Positions 23,753-32,446 of a DNA stretch of 64,000 nucleotides are shown here, piece after piece. The notes beneath the pieces are model-generated. The model searched no databases. It saw only the letters and a program-made list of their open reading frames with translations, and was not told the origin of the DNA. The stretch spans positions 1,696,001 to 1,760,000 of the forward strand of contig OY970223.1 of the NCBI GenBank assembly GCA_963714015.1, in the 5' to 3' direction. The stretch comes from Vulcanimicrobiota bacterium (GTDB lineage Bacteria; Vulcanimicrobiota; Vulcanimicrobiia; Vulcanimicrobiales; Vulcanimicrobiaceae). Positions within the stretch are counted from its first letter, which is position 1; the number at the start of each line of letters is the position of its first letter. The position numbers were made by a program, and so were the translations under genes.

Positions 23753-24654
23753 CGCGCGCGTATGGGACCCTCGGTTTGGTCTAACGGCGCCCCGGAACGG
23801 CCGTTTGCATCTGCAACGATCTGTGCCAAAATGCTGATTGCCGCCTCGCCGTTGCCCGAGCCGCCTAAATCGAGGCCCACCGGTCCGTGGATACGCTTGA
23901 GCGCCGATTCGTCGAAGCCTAACTCGCGAAGCGCGTCGCGCCGCGCCGTCTGCGTGCGGCGGCTTCCGAGCAAACCGATGTAGGGAACGGCGGAGCGCAA
24001 CGCCGCCGCCAATGCGGGAACGTCCAGCTTCGGATCGTGCGAAACAACCACCACGGCGGCGGCATCCTCGAGAACGGCGGGCAGATAGTCGTCGGGCCAT
24101 TCCGTAACGACCTCGCTTGCACTTGGGATTCTCTCGTTCGTTGCGAATGGCGGGCGCGGATCAATTACCGCCACGCGAAAATCCAAAGGGCGCGCGAAGT
24201 AAGCAATCTGCTCCGCCAGCATCGTGGCGCCGATAACCGTTAAGCGGCGCTTTCCCGGTATCGTGAAATGATAACCGTCTTGCAGTTCGACGATAACGTC
24301 TCGTTCGCCGGAGATAATCCCGGCGGTCTTTTCATGGAATGTCGGCAAAGGTTTCCATACGGCGATTTTGAGATTGCCGCCGCAACCCGGACTTCCGGTT
24401 ACTTCATCCGCAACGGCGAGATCGATATTCAATAAACGGAATTGACCGTCCGCCAGCGTCTGTAAGCATGACTCGACGATATCGCTCTCGTAGCAGCCGG
24501 CGCCGATATTTCCCGCGATTCGTCCGCAAGCATCTACGGCGAGCGTTGCCCCGAGCGGCGCGGGCGCGGCTCCAATCGATTCGACCAGTGTTGCCAGCGC
24601 GCACGATGCGCCGCCGGCCATCCACTGCTCAACGACGGCGAAGGTTTCGCGCAC
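23746..24654 (-). CDS. xdhC: XdhC/CoxI family molybdoenzyme maturation protein
   Basis: GNIGAGCYE, GCGG, SHDPKLD, YIGLLGSRR, GPVGLDLG. Confidence 0.9.
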   Translation of the reverse strand: MRETFAVVEQWMAGGASCALATLVESIGAAPAPLGATLAVDACGRIAGNIGAGCYESDIVESCLQTLADGQFRLLNIDLAVADEVTGSPGCGGNLKIAVWKPLPTFHEKTAGIISGERDVIVELQDGYHFTIPGKRRLTVIGATMLAEQIAYFARPLDFRVAVIDPRPPFATNERIPSASEVVTEWPDDYLPAVLEDAAAVVVVSHDPKLDVPALAAALRSAVPYIGLLGSRRTQTARRDALRELGFDESALKRIHGPVGLDLGGSGNGEAAISILAQIVADANGRSGAPLDQTEGPIRARC

Positions 24655-24915
24655 GACGGCTCAAGACGCGCGAGAAGAGCTTATCTGCGACTGCGCAGGC
24701 GCCGGCGTCCGCGTCCGCTTGTTCGTTCTTCGATTCCTGCTCGCTGCGGCATTCATGATCCGATAGTTTCCCGAGCCTGGCGCCTGGGCCTGGCTTCGAC
24801 TTCAGCGCCGGCCGGACAAATGCGGGACGTTACTGCGCTTCGTCGGTTCGGCCGGAATGCGAACGGCGCTTGCGTCGTTAGTCACGAATCGTTAGTATTG
24901 CGCATTGGTACCGGC

Positions 24916-25905
24916 ATGCGGCTTTTGAAGCTCGCGGGCGCACTTGCGTTCGTGGTGACGGCGATCGCGGTAACGGATTGGCCCGCTGCCGCGCAGAGCG
25001 TTCCGGCGCCTTCGCCTTCGCCTTCGAACCGGCAAGATTTGCGTGACGCATGGTGGACTGGGCCAATGCTGGCGCCGTCGGCGGGCACGCTTCCCCGCGG
25101 GCACGTCTTGGTGGAACCGTACGTTTACGACGTTGCGCAGTACGGCAGTTATGATGGTAAGGGCGCGGTAAAAGGGACGGCACATTCCAACAGCTTCGGC
25201 TCGCTTACCTACATCATCTATGGGCTCGCGGATCGGTTCAGCGTCGGTGTGATTCCGACGTTCGGCTTCAATACGATTGCCGGCGGCGCAGGCAGTTCGG
25301 GAATTCACGCCGGCGATCTCGCCGCGCTTGCGCAGTACCGGATTGCGCTTTTTCGTCCAGGCAAGTGGATTCCAACGACTTCAGTGTCGGTGCAAGAGTC
25401 GTTTCCAACCGGCGCGTACGACAATCTCGGCGAACGCCCGGCGAATGGATTCGGCAGCGGCGCTTATACCACCACACTGTCCCTATATACTCAGACGTAC
25501 GTTTGGATGCCGAACGGCCGCATACTGCGCATGCGGCTCAACGCGTCTCGCACGTTTTCCGGCAATGCGCCCGTCGACGGCGTGAGCGTGTACGGAACCG
25601 GCCCCAATTTTCACGGATACGCAAAGCCCGGCGGAACGCTTACGCTGGACGAGGCGCAGGAATACAGCATCACCCGCAACTGGGTCTTTGCGCTGGACGT
25701 GGTTTATCATCACAGTGCCGCTACGCAAATATCCGGAACGACGCCGGCCGACTTGGGCCAAAGCGACGCTTACGAATTAGCGCCGGCCCTCGAATACAAC
25801 TGGACGTCGAACTGCGGCATACTCTTTGGAGTGCGCACGATACCGGCGGGGCTGAATACCTCTGCGACCGTGACCCCGGCTTTCGCCGTCAACATGGTTC
25901 GATAG
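24916..25905 (+). CDS. Putative outer-membrane beta-barrel transporter/porin
   Basis: Signal peptide, WWTGPMLA, PTGAYD, alternating beta-strand pattern. Confidence 0.65.
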   Translation: MRLLKLAGALAFVVTAIAVTDWPAAAQSVPAPSPSPSNRQDLRDAWWTGPMLAPSAGTLPRGHVLVEPYVYDVAQYGSYDGKGAVKGTAHSNSFGSLTYIIYGLADRFSVGVIPTFGFNTIAGGAGSSGIHAGDLAALAQYRIALFRPGKWIPTTSVSVQESFPTGAYDNLGERPANGFGSGAYTTTLSLYTQTYVWMPNGRILRMRLNASRTFSGNAPVDGVSVYGTGPNFHGYAKPGGTLTLDEAQEYSITRNWVFALDVVYHHSAATQISGTTPADLGQSDAYELAPALEYNWTSNCGILFGVRTIPAGLNTSATVTPAFAVNMVR

Positions 25906-25916
25906 GCGCCTAAAGG

Positions 25917-25949
25917 TGACATTGCCTGTCATATATCCCATGCTAGAGT
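25917..25949 (+). promoter_or_regulatory. TGACA-N5-TGTCA inverted repeat plus TAGAGT -10 upstream of the VOC gene
   Basis: Perfect 5-bp dyad at 25917-25931; -10-like hexamer at 25944-25949. Confidence 0.5.
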
Positions 25950-25980
25950 GATAAAAAACAGAGACAAAAAGGAGAGGAAC

Positions 25981-26367
25981 ATGACCGCAAGTCAGACCAC
26001 CCCCACGGTCAAGGGCAAAATCACGGGGACCGATATCTCAGGATTCCTCGTGCGCGATGCGCAAGCCATGATCGCGTTTTATCGCGACGTTCTCGGGCTG
26101 CAGCCGACCGAGGTCGACGACCAAGGACGCGGCGCGGAATTTACCCTCGCCGACGGCACGACGTTCGGCGTGTGGAAGACGGACTCGGGCGAAACGGGCG
26201 GCTTCACCATGCTTGCCGTCGACGACATCCATGCCGCGCGCGACGCTATGGCCGCCAGGGGATTGCAGTTCAGCCCCATCGACGAGAGTCCGGTGTGCCA
26301 CATGGCCTTTGCCAAAGATCCGGAAGGCAACGCGATCATCATTCACGCGCGCAAACAGCGAGACTGA
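25981..26367 (+). CDS. VOC/glyoxalase family protein
   Basis: AFYRDVLGL, LAVDDI, KDPEGNAIIIH; RBS AAGGAGAGG. Confidence 0.9.
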   Translation: MTASQTTPTVKGKITGTDISGFLVRDAQAMIAFYRDVLGLQPTEVDDQGRGAEFTLADGTTFGVWKTDSGETGGFTMLAVDDIHAARDAMAARGLQFSPIDESPVCHMAFAKDPEGNAIIIHARKQRD

Positions 26368-26386
26368 ACTCGCTGCGGTCACGTCA

Positions 26387-26418
26387 AGACTCCGAGGCCG
26401 AGGGGCCTCGGAGTTTTT
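26387..26418 (+). terminator. Rho-independent terminator
   Basis: ACTCCGAGGCC-GAGG-GGCCTCGGAGT followed by a T run. Confidence 0.8.
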
Positions 26419-26466
26419 GGCAAATGCGCCGCGCAATGAACGCGGCTCCCCGGGAGCCGCCGGAGG

Positions 26467-26798
26467 ATGCCCGTGATTGATCTTAAGACGAAGTGGATCT
26501 CAGCGCTGTCTTTCACGGTTTCGCCGGACGATCAGCCGCAATTAGCGCACGAAGCAGCTTTAGTGATGCAGCGCATCGTCCCCGTGCGAACGGGCTTCAT
26601 TCAAGGCGTCGTTATGGCAAACGAGCCACGCACGCAGCTGATCATCGTTTCCCAGTGGGAGTCTCGCGAAGCGTGGGCAGCCGCGCGGTGGGATGAAGGC
26701 ATCGCATCGGCGATTAGCCGTCTGGTTGAAAGTCGAAGACGTTCGAATTTCATACCTACGAACCCATTACGGTCGTTCGCGGACCTGCCGGTGATTAG
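26467..26798 (+). CDS. ABM-like (dimeric alpha+beta barrel) protein, probable frameshift near 26735
   Basis: GFIQG..IVSQWESREAW; alternative frame gives a typical KTFEFHTYEPITVV end. Confidence 0.6.
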
Positions 26799-26851
26799 CG
26801 CGCTGGTGGTCGCCTAGCAATAGTTCATAGCCCGCCAGGAACAGCGGGCCG

Positions 26852-26930
26852 GTTCCGTCCCAATGGTGATTGGCTAGCCGATACAGGCTAGCCAATTCTC
26901 CATTGGCCACCATGGCCGGAAGGACGGAAC
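26852..26930 (+). promoter_or_regulatory. Multi-stem structured leader or palindromic operator upstream of the lipopeptide gene
   Basis: GTTCCGTCC/GGACGGAAC, CCAATGG/CCATTGG and ATTGGCTAGCC/GGCTAGCCAAT nested pairings. Confidence 0.55.
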
Positions 26931-26934
26931 ATTT

Positions 26935-27156
26935 ATGCGCAACCTCTTGCCCATTGCAGCGCTCGCGGCTTTAATCGGAACGCTGGCCGCGTGCGGCTCC
27001 GCCGACGTTCTCCCGCAAACTCGTCTTCAAAAGACTCCGCTCTCTCATCGCTACCCAAGCAATACCGGTAAGCGGTCCACCGGCAAGTCACCGATCATGC
27101 CGGATGTGGTTCCGACGCCGTCGCCGCCCGACTCGGGCGGTTCCATGCCGGGCTAG
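26935..27156 (+). CDS. Small exported lipopeptide (73 aa)
   Basis: RBS AAGGA, signal peptide with lipobox LAAC, low-complexity linker, C terminus PDSGGSMPG. Confidence 0.75.
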   Translation: MRNLLPIAALAALIGTLAACGSADVLPQTRLQKTPLSHRYPSNTGKRSTGKSPIMPDVVPTPSPPDSGGSMPG

Positions 27157-27176
27157 AGCCGGTCTTTTGGGCCTCG

Positions 27177-27206
27177 TGGCGGCGGGTAAGCACTAACCCG
27201 CCGCCA
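27177..27206 (+). terminator. Hairpin between the lipopeptide gene and the regulator
   Basis: TGGCGGCGGGT-N8-ACCCGCCGCCA, 11-bp perfect stem, weak U tail. Confidence 0.5.
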
Positions 27207-27219
27207 TAATCTTCCCGAG

Positions 27220-28758
27220 ATGCCCAAAACGCGCCGGGTCGATCGATCGTGGGAATTCCGAATGTCCGCCGCTTTCGAAAGCGCCGAGTTTGGCGAAGCT
27301 TCGGCGATCTTCGTCGAAGCGGTGAAAAACGGCGCACGCCCCGACATTGGGACGACGCTCCTCCAAGGCCGCACGCTGCTCAAACTCGACGCGGACAAAG
27401 CTGTTCCGTTCCTACTGAAAAACCACGCGCGCGAAGCTTCCGGTGCGGTTCGCGGACGGTGGCATTTATATCTTGCAATTGGGTTTGCAAGATTGCGCGA
27501 GTTTGCACAGGCTGACGAGCATTTCGCCGCGGCGGAACGCGAGTTCAAAGGACGTCGGGAAGGTTTGGCCGAGATTTCCTATCAGCGCGTGCGCCGGTAT
27601 TTGCTCGAACAGGATATTCCGCGCGCGTGGCGTTTTTGGGATGAAGCGGCAAAAGATCCTTCGCGCCTCGGGGCGATTCGCGCAGAACAGCTGCGATCGT
27701 TTATCTATGCATTTGAAGAAAACTATGTCGAGCAGGCGCGCTGCGTCCTGAAGGTCCTGGATCTCATCGGCACCGATCGCCGATCTGCAATTGAGGAATG
27801 GTGCACCTCCGTCCATACTGCCTCCGTTCTCGCGCGAGAACTCTCCATGAAAGATCTCTGGGTGCGAGCCGAAGCTGAGGTCAACGCCGACGTGCAATGG
27901 CCGGAGTTTTATAGCGCCGCCAAATTCCAGGCGTTCAAGGCAGTGGGATGGTGCCGCGCGCTTCAGGGTGACGGCCTTGGATGTTTCCGGTATCTTCGGG
28001 CCGCGCAGCTTGCGGCGCCGTCGGCAGCGTATTCCGTCATCGTTTTGCTGGACCGGGCCTACTTCGCCGGGACTCTAGGTGAAGAGCGGTGGGCCGCAAA
28101 CGAACTAGCTTCAGCCGAGGAACTCGCCGGCGGCGTCGATTGGGATGCCACTACGGAGGACGAGCGCGTGGGCTTGCTGCTGCTGGCGCAGCTCAGCGCA
28201 CCCCTCGACAGCACTCGGGCGGCCTACTATTTGGCGCGCTTCAAAAACCTGGGACGATTGCGCTCGAATCTGCACCACTTTGCATTCGATCGACGCTTGG
28301 ATGCGATTGCGGCGTACAGCGCCGGCGTCGTGAAGAGCGTGGAGGGAGATGCGGAGCAAGCCCTCGAGCAATTTCGTTCGGCTTGGGCGACATTCGATCG
28401 CATCCGGTACGATTGGCGCGCGGGCCAAACGGCGATACAGCTTTTTAGGTTAACTCAAAAAAACCGCTGGCGTTTACTGGCTGAAGAGAAACTCGAGCTT
28501 TATCGGTTTTCGTGGCTGATTCGGGGGTTTGGCTCCGGCGCAGGCGACCCAGCGCATTCAGTACCGGCGCTGACGCCTATGCAGGATCGGATCTTCCGGC
28601 TGATTTGCCAGGGCCGCACGACCCAGCAAATCTGTACGGAACTAGGTCGCGCCGACAATACCGTGCGCAACCACGTGAAGGCGATATTCAAAGCGTTCGG
28701 CGTGAACACGCGAGCATCGCTGGTCGCCGAAGCCGTTCGCCGCGGTTTGGTGAGATAA
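27220..28758 (+). CDS. LuxR-family regulator with long N-terminal TPR-like helical domain
   Basis: C-terminal LTPMQDRIFRLICQGRTTQQICTELGRADNTVRNHVKAIFKAFGV; about 450 aa of Ala/Leu/aromatic helical repeats; no receiver or P-loop motif seen. Confidence 0.85.
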   Translation: MPKTRRVDRSWEFRMSAAFESAEFGEASAIFVEAVKNGARPDIGTTLLQGRTLLKLDADKAVPFLLKNHAREASGAVRGRWHLYLAIGFARLREFAQADEHFAAAEREFKGRREGLAEISYQRVRRYLLEQDIPRAWRFWDEAAKDPSRLGAIRAEQLRSFIYAFEENYVEQARCVLKVLDLIGTDRRSAIEEWCTSVHTASVLARELSMKDLWVRAEAEVNADVQWPEFYSAAKFQAFKAVGWCRALQGDGLGCFRYLRAAQLAAPSAAYSVIVLLDRAYFAGTLGEERWAANELASAEELAGGVDWDATTEDERVGLLLLAQLSAPLDSTRAAYYLARFKNLGRLRSNLHHFAFDRRLDAIAAYSAGVVKSVEGDAEQALEQFRSAWATFDRIRYDWRAGQTAIQLFRLTQKNRWRLLAEEKLELYRFSWLIRGFGSGAGDPAHSVPALTPMQDRIFRLICQGRTTQQICTELGRADNTVRNHVKAIFKAFGVNTRASLVAEAVRRGLVR

Positions 28759-28764
28759 CAGGAA

Positions 28765-28784
28765 GGCTCGCCGAAAGGCGAGCC
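28765..28784. terminator. GNRA-capped hairpin after the regulator
   Basis: GGCTCGCC-GAAA-GGCGAGCC between convergent genes. Confidence 0.5.
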
Positions 28785-28984
28785 CTGCGCTGCCGTCGCG
28801 TATGCGGTTGCCCGCATACCGGGTGTGGGCGACGCTTTGCGCGGCACACTCACCGCATTTGCCCTCGTCCCAGCGATCGGACTCTTTAGATTCGGCGCTG
28901 TGTTTAGGCTACCTTGCAGAGGTATGGCGCCAGGAGTACCGCGCTAATTGCGAAAACAAGCATTAGCCGATTTCGGCCAAGCGA

Positions 28985-30242
28985 TTATGATTCTCGGGTG
29001 TGGTGCCGGGTGTGGGCGACCTCCGTCAGCCGATCGACGCGCTTCAATTCCGGGAACAGCTTGATCCACAGCCCGATCACGGCGAGCGTCGCAGCGCCTC
29101 CCAAAACGACTGAGGCTTGAGGGCCGATCAGCGCCGCTACGCCGCCGGATTCAAAGGCGCCCAATTCATTGGACGCGCCGATGAAGATGTTCTCCACGCC
29201 GCCGACTCGTCCGCGCAGATGGTTCGGCGTGCCGAGCTGAACCAAAGCGGAGCGCACGACGACGCTGACCATGTCGAAAGCGCCGGTGAGTGCCAGAGCA
29301 AAAACCGAAATTGCGAAATTGCGCGAAAGGCCAAAGGCGATAGTCGCAAGGCCAAACCCCGAAACACATGCAATGAGCAGCGGACCGGCACGGCGCGAGA
29401 TGCTGTGCCGCGCTATATATAGGGCAACGAGCGCCGCTCCAAAAGCCGGCGCCGCGCGTAGAATCCCGAACCCCGTTGCGCCGACGTGGAGCACGGCCGT
29501 TGCGAAAATCGGAAGCAGCGCCGTTGCTCCGCCGAACAACACCGCGAAGAGATCGAGTGAGACGGCGCCGAGAATGACGCGCCGTGAGAAGATGAAGCGG
29601 ATGCCTTGGACCGCTGCAACGAGCACCGGTTCGTCGTGCGCTTCGATTGCATGCGGTTCGAGCAGCGCGAACGCCATTGCGGCGACGACGTATGCTCCGG
29701 CCGCTGCAATGAACGCAAAGCGGGTTCCCAGCGCAATAAGCACACCCCCTACCGCAGGTCCTGCAATCCCGATGCAGCTGCGTTATCGACGAAGAGAACG
29801 CCTGAGCGCGGGCAAAAGATTGATGTGGTACGACGTTGATGAGCAACGAGCGCTGCGCCGGAATTCCGGCGGCATGCGCAATACCAGCTACGGCCACCGC
29901 CAAAAAATACCACGCGGCATCGCGGACGTGCACCGCGATCAGCACGGCGAATAGAGCCAGGCCGCACGCCTCGGCAATGGACGATACTACGCAGATAAGG
30001 CGGCGATCCGCGCGGTCGGCCAGCACGCCGGCCGGGAGCGCCAGAAGCAGCTGCGGCATGAACAGGATGAGGCCCACCAGCCCTAAGTCGAAGGCGCTAT
30101 GGCGCAGAGAGTAAATCTGCCAGCCGACAGCCGTGTCCTCGATGGTAAACGCCGCAACCGCGCTCTGACGCGCAAGAAAATATCGGTAGAATTCGGCGCC
30201 GAATACGGGTTTGGGCGAGCCGTGCGACGTAGGAGCGCTCAT
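28985..30242 (-). CDS. MFS transporter (EntS/MFS_3-like), frameshifted near 29774
   Basis: AVGWQIY, AGVLADRADRR, then LDLFAVLFGGATALLP, LRGRV, SNELGAFESG in a second frame. Confidence 0.85.
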
Positions 30243-30813
30243 GCGTAATTCTTTAACTGTAGTATTGTTTGCAGCCGCAGCCCTGCCCCTCAGCGCAATT
30301 GCCGCGATGCAAACGTGGACCGTCGACCCTGTGCACTCTACCGCCCAGTTCACAGCTCGGCATTTCGGAATCGTCCCGGTGATCGGAACCATTCCGATTC
30401 AATCAGCGGCCGTCAAACTCAACGAGGGGAGCCCGATCCCCGTATCAGTTTCCGCCATTCTCGATCCGACGCAGCTCGATACGCACAATTCGATGCGCGA
30501 CGGCGATCTCCGATCCGACCATTTTTTCGACGTTACGACGTATCCGGCAATGACCTTCAGCAGTACCAAGATAACCGGCACCGATCCTAAACAGTTCACG
30601 ATTCAAGGCGACCTGACGATGCGCGGCCAGTCGCATCCCGTAACCCTTGCTGCTCAAGTCATCGCTTCGGGAAAATCACCGAAGGGCCGTGAAATTATTG
30701 CATACGGTGCCACGGGTACCATCGATCGCACCCAATGGGGCATGACGTTCGGGCCGATGATCGTCGGCAACAGTGTCGACATCTCCTTGAATATCGAGGC
30801 CGACGGACCGTAG
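30241..30813 (+). CDS. yceI: YceI family lipid/polyisoprenoid-binding protein
   Basis: WTVDPVHS, RDGDLRS..FFD..YP, GDLTMRG, IDRTQWG; RBS AGGAG. Confidence 0.9.
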   Translation: MRNSLTVVLFAAAALPLSAIAAMQTWTVDPVHSTAQFTARHFGIVPVIGTIPIQSAAVKLNEGSPIPVSVSAILDPTQLDTHNSMRDGDLRSDHFFDVTTYPAMTFSSTKITGTDPKQFTIQGDLTMRGQSHPVTLAAQVIASGKSPKGREIIAYGATGTIDRTQWGMTFGPMIVGNSVDISLNIEADGP

Positions 30814-30821
30814 GGTGGATG

Positions 30822-31415
30822 CTAGCCTGGAAGCTCTTTGAATGACTGCTTCACGCGATACTCGCTGAGCGGATAGCGTGAGCGCAAATTAGCCCACTGA
30901 TTGGGTAATTCGTCGCTATTCGGATCCCGCCGGTAGCGCACGACACCCAGATAGTATTGCGCTTCCGGTGCGGCGTAACTCGTCGAAAATCTCGCAAGCA
31001 CGTCGGCATAGCACCGTTCGGCTTCGTCCCAACGCTTCAATCGGAGGAAACTCATCGCGAAGCCGCATTGAATGCGCGCAGCAAACTCGAAGGGCGGCAG
31101 AAATCCGTCCCAACGGTAGAGTTCGTAGCCGTCGGTGTGGACGATCCGCACGTCCGGCGTCCAAATATGATGGATCGCGTGCAGCAATCGTTGGCTTTCG
31201 GACTTGGAGTTGTCTATCTGCACCGGAATCGCATGCGCTAAAATCGTTTCTCGAACTAAGTCTTGCGGATACGTCACGGTATCCAGCGCGTGGCATCCCC
31301 CTCAACCAGGATTGAATACGTCGAGCAAGACGAACTTGCGCTCCGTCTTCGCCCTTTCTAGAGCAGCTTCGTAGTCGTGCTCCCAAGGAATGTCCGTTCT
31401 GCTTTGCGTTTCCAT
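30822..31415 (-). CDS. Thioredoxin-fold + TPR protein with in-frame UGA (probable selenoprotein, UxxC)
   Basis: METQSRTDIPWEHDYEAALERAKTERKFVLLDVFNPG-UGA-GGCHALDTVTYP continues in frame into ORF 30822..31277 (WTP cis-Pro, APEAQYYLG). Confidence 0.85.
31265..31287 (-). promoter_or_regulatory. Putative bacterial SECIS element
   Basis: GGAUAC-CGUGAC-GUAUCC hairpin starting 17 nt after the UGA, with GU near the start of the loop. Confidence 0.65.
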
Positions 31416-31587
31416 AGGGCCAGACTAGCACATCCGAGCTCCGGTTCGGCAAAGAATGGTCTTGAATGTGCGGTAAGGCAAGCGAACCAGCTCTTGCCGC
31501 CGCAGTGGTCGCCAGCAATTTTCATTCCATTCTCAGCGGACTGTGCTATGGTTGACTGACGGGCGAACGCTCACGTCATGCCGGTAG

Positions 31588-32433
31588 GTGCGCACGATGA
31601 TTATTGAGCCCAGGAAGACCGCGGAGGAAATCGACCGCCGTCTCTCCGCATTCACCGACCCCGCTTTAGCGGATTTGCTTGAAGATCTCAAGCGCGGGTT
31701 CGCCGGCGACGACAGCGAGAGTTATACGTCTGCGTCCGCCCCCTATTGGAGGCGGCGGATCGGTTTCGTCGCTCTTGCCGGCTTGTTTGCCCTCTCTGCC
31801 GGGTACGCAAGCATTGCGACGGCGTCGCATACTGCTCTCCGGGCTAAGCCTCGAGCCGCGGCCGCGATTCCGGCGCCGCGGCATCGAAAAGCGGCGATTC
31901 GCCGGCTCGTCGTAAAGCGCAAGACCGCTCTTGCGAAGGCGATCGTGACGCCGGCGATCCATGCCGCTCCGGCCGCAGCTCAGAATGAGGCGCTAGTGCG
32001 GCACCTTCGGGCGCAGCTGCTTCAAGAGCGAACGCCTGCGGCACGCGAGAAAGCTCGAGCGATCGATACGCACCATCAAACGGCCGCGGCAATGCAGGCC
32101 GCGATGGCGCGCGAGTGGGCGAGGGATGAAGCCCTCGCGCAAGCCCGTGCGGAGGCGCGCGCCGAAGCGGTTGCGAGCGCGCAAGCTGATGACGCCGCAG
32201 CGCAAGAACGCGCCCACGATCGAGCAGTCGATGATGCCGCGCAAACGGCCGGCACGCCGCCGTCGAATCCCGGCCGCGTGACTTCGTACCCGGGCGGCGC
32301 GCCGCTACCGATTCCCGGCCCCATAGATACGAACTGCACACCTCACCGCGGCAGCTTGTTCGGCACGATGCTGCAACACGTCCGCATCGGCGGAACGAGC
32401 GTTGGAGGGCTATTGCAGCTCGTCGGGCAGTAG
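31588..32433 (+). CDS. Hypothetical single-TM, Ala-rich coiled-coil protein
   Basis: One hydrophobic segment and a long Ala/Arg/Glu-rich helix. Confidence 0.6.
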   Translation: MRTMIIEPRKTAEEIDRRLSAFTDPALADLLEDLKRGFAGDDSESYTSASAPYWRRRIGFVALAGLFALSAGYASIATASHTALRAKPRAAAAIPAPRHRKAAIRRLVVKRKTALAKAIVTPAIHAAPAAAQNEALVRHLRAQLLQERTPAAREKARAIDTHHQTAAAMQAAMAREWARDEALAQARAEARAEAVASAQADDAAAQERAHDRAVDDAAQTAGTPPSNPGRVTSYPGGAPLPIPGPIDTNCTPHRGSLFGTMLQHVRIGGTSVGGLLQLVGQ

Positions 32434-32446
32434 GCGCGCGCGAGCT

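Noticed and set aside
23753..24100. N-terminal extension of the 778-aa membrane ORF
   Set aside because: It overlaps xdhC in another frame and is Arg-rich noise; the real start is probably near 23752.
24765..24810. Moco riboswitch-like start (TCCCGAGCCTGGCGCCT) near xdhC
   Set aside because: It is on the strand opposite xdhC and the downstream conserved stems are not recognisable.
28780..28870. c-di-GMP-I riboswitch-like words on the minus strand (GGCAAA..GCAAAGC..GGCAGC)
   Set aside because: No GNRA-capped P2 or receptor pattern, and no downstream gene on that strand.
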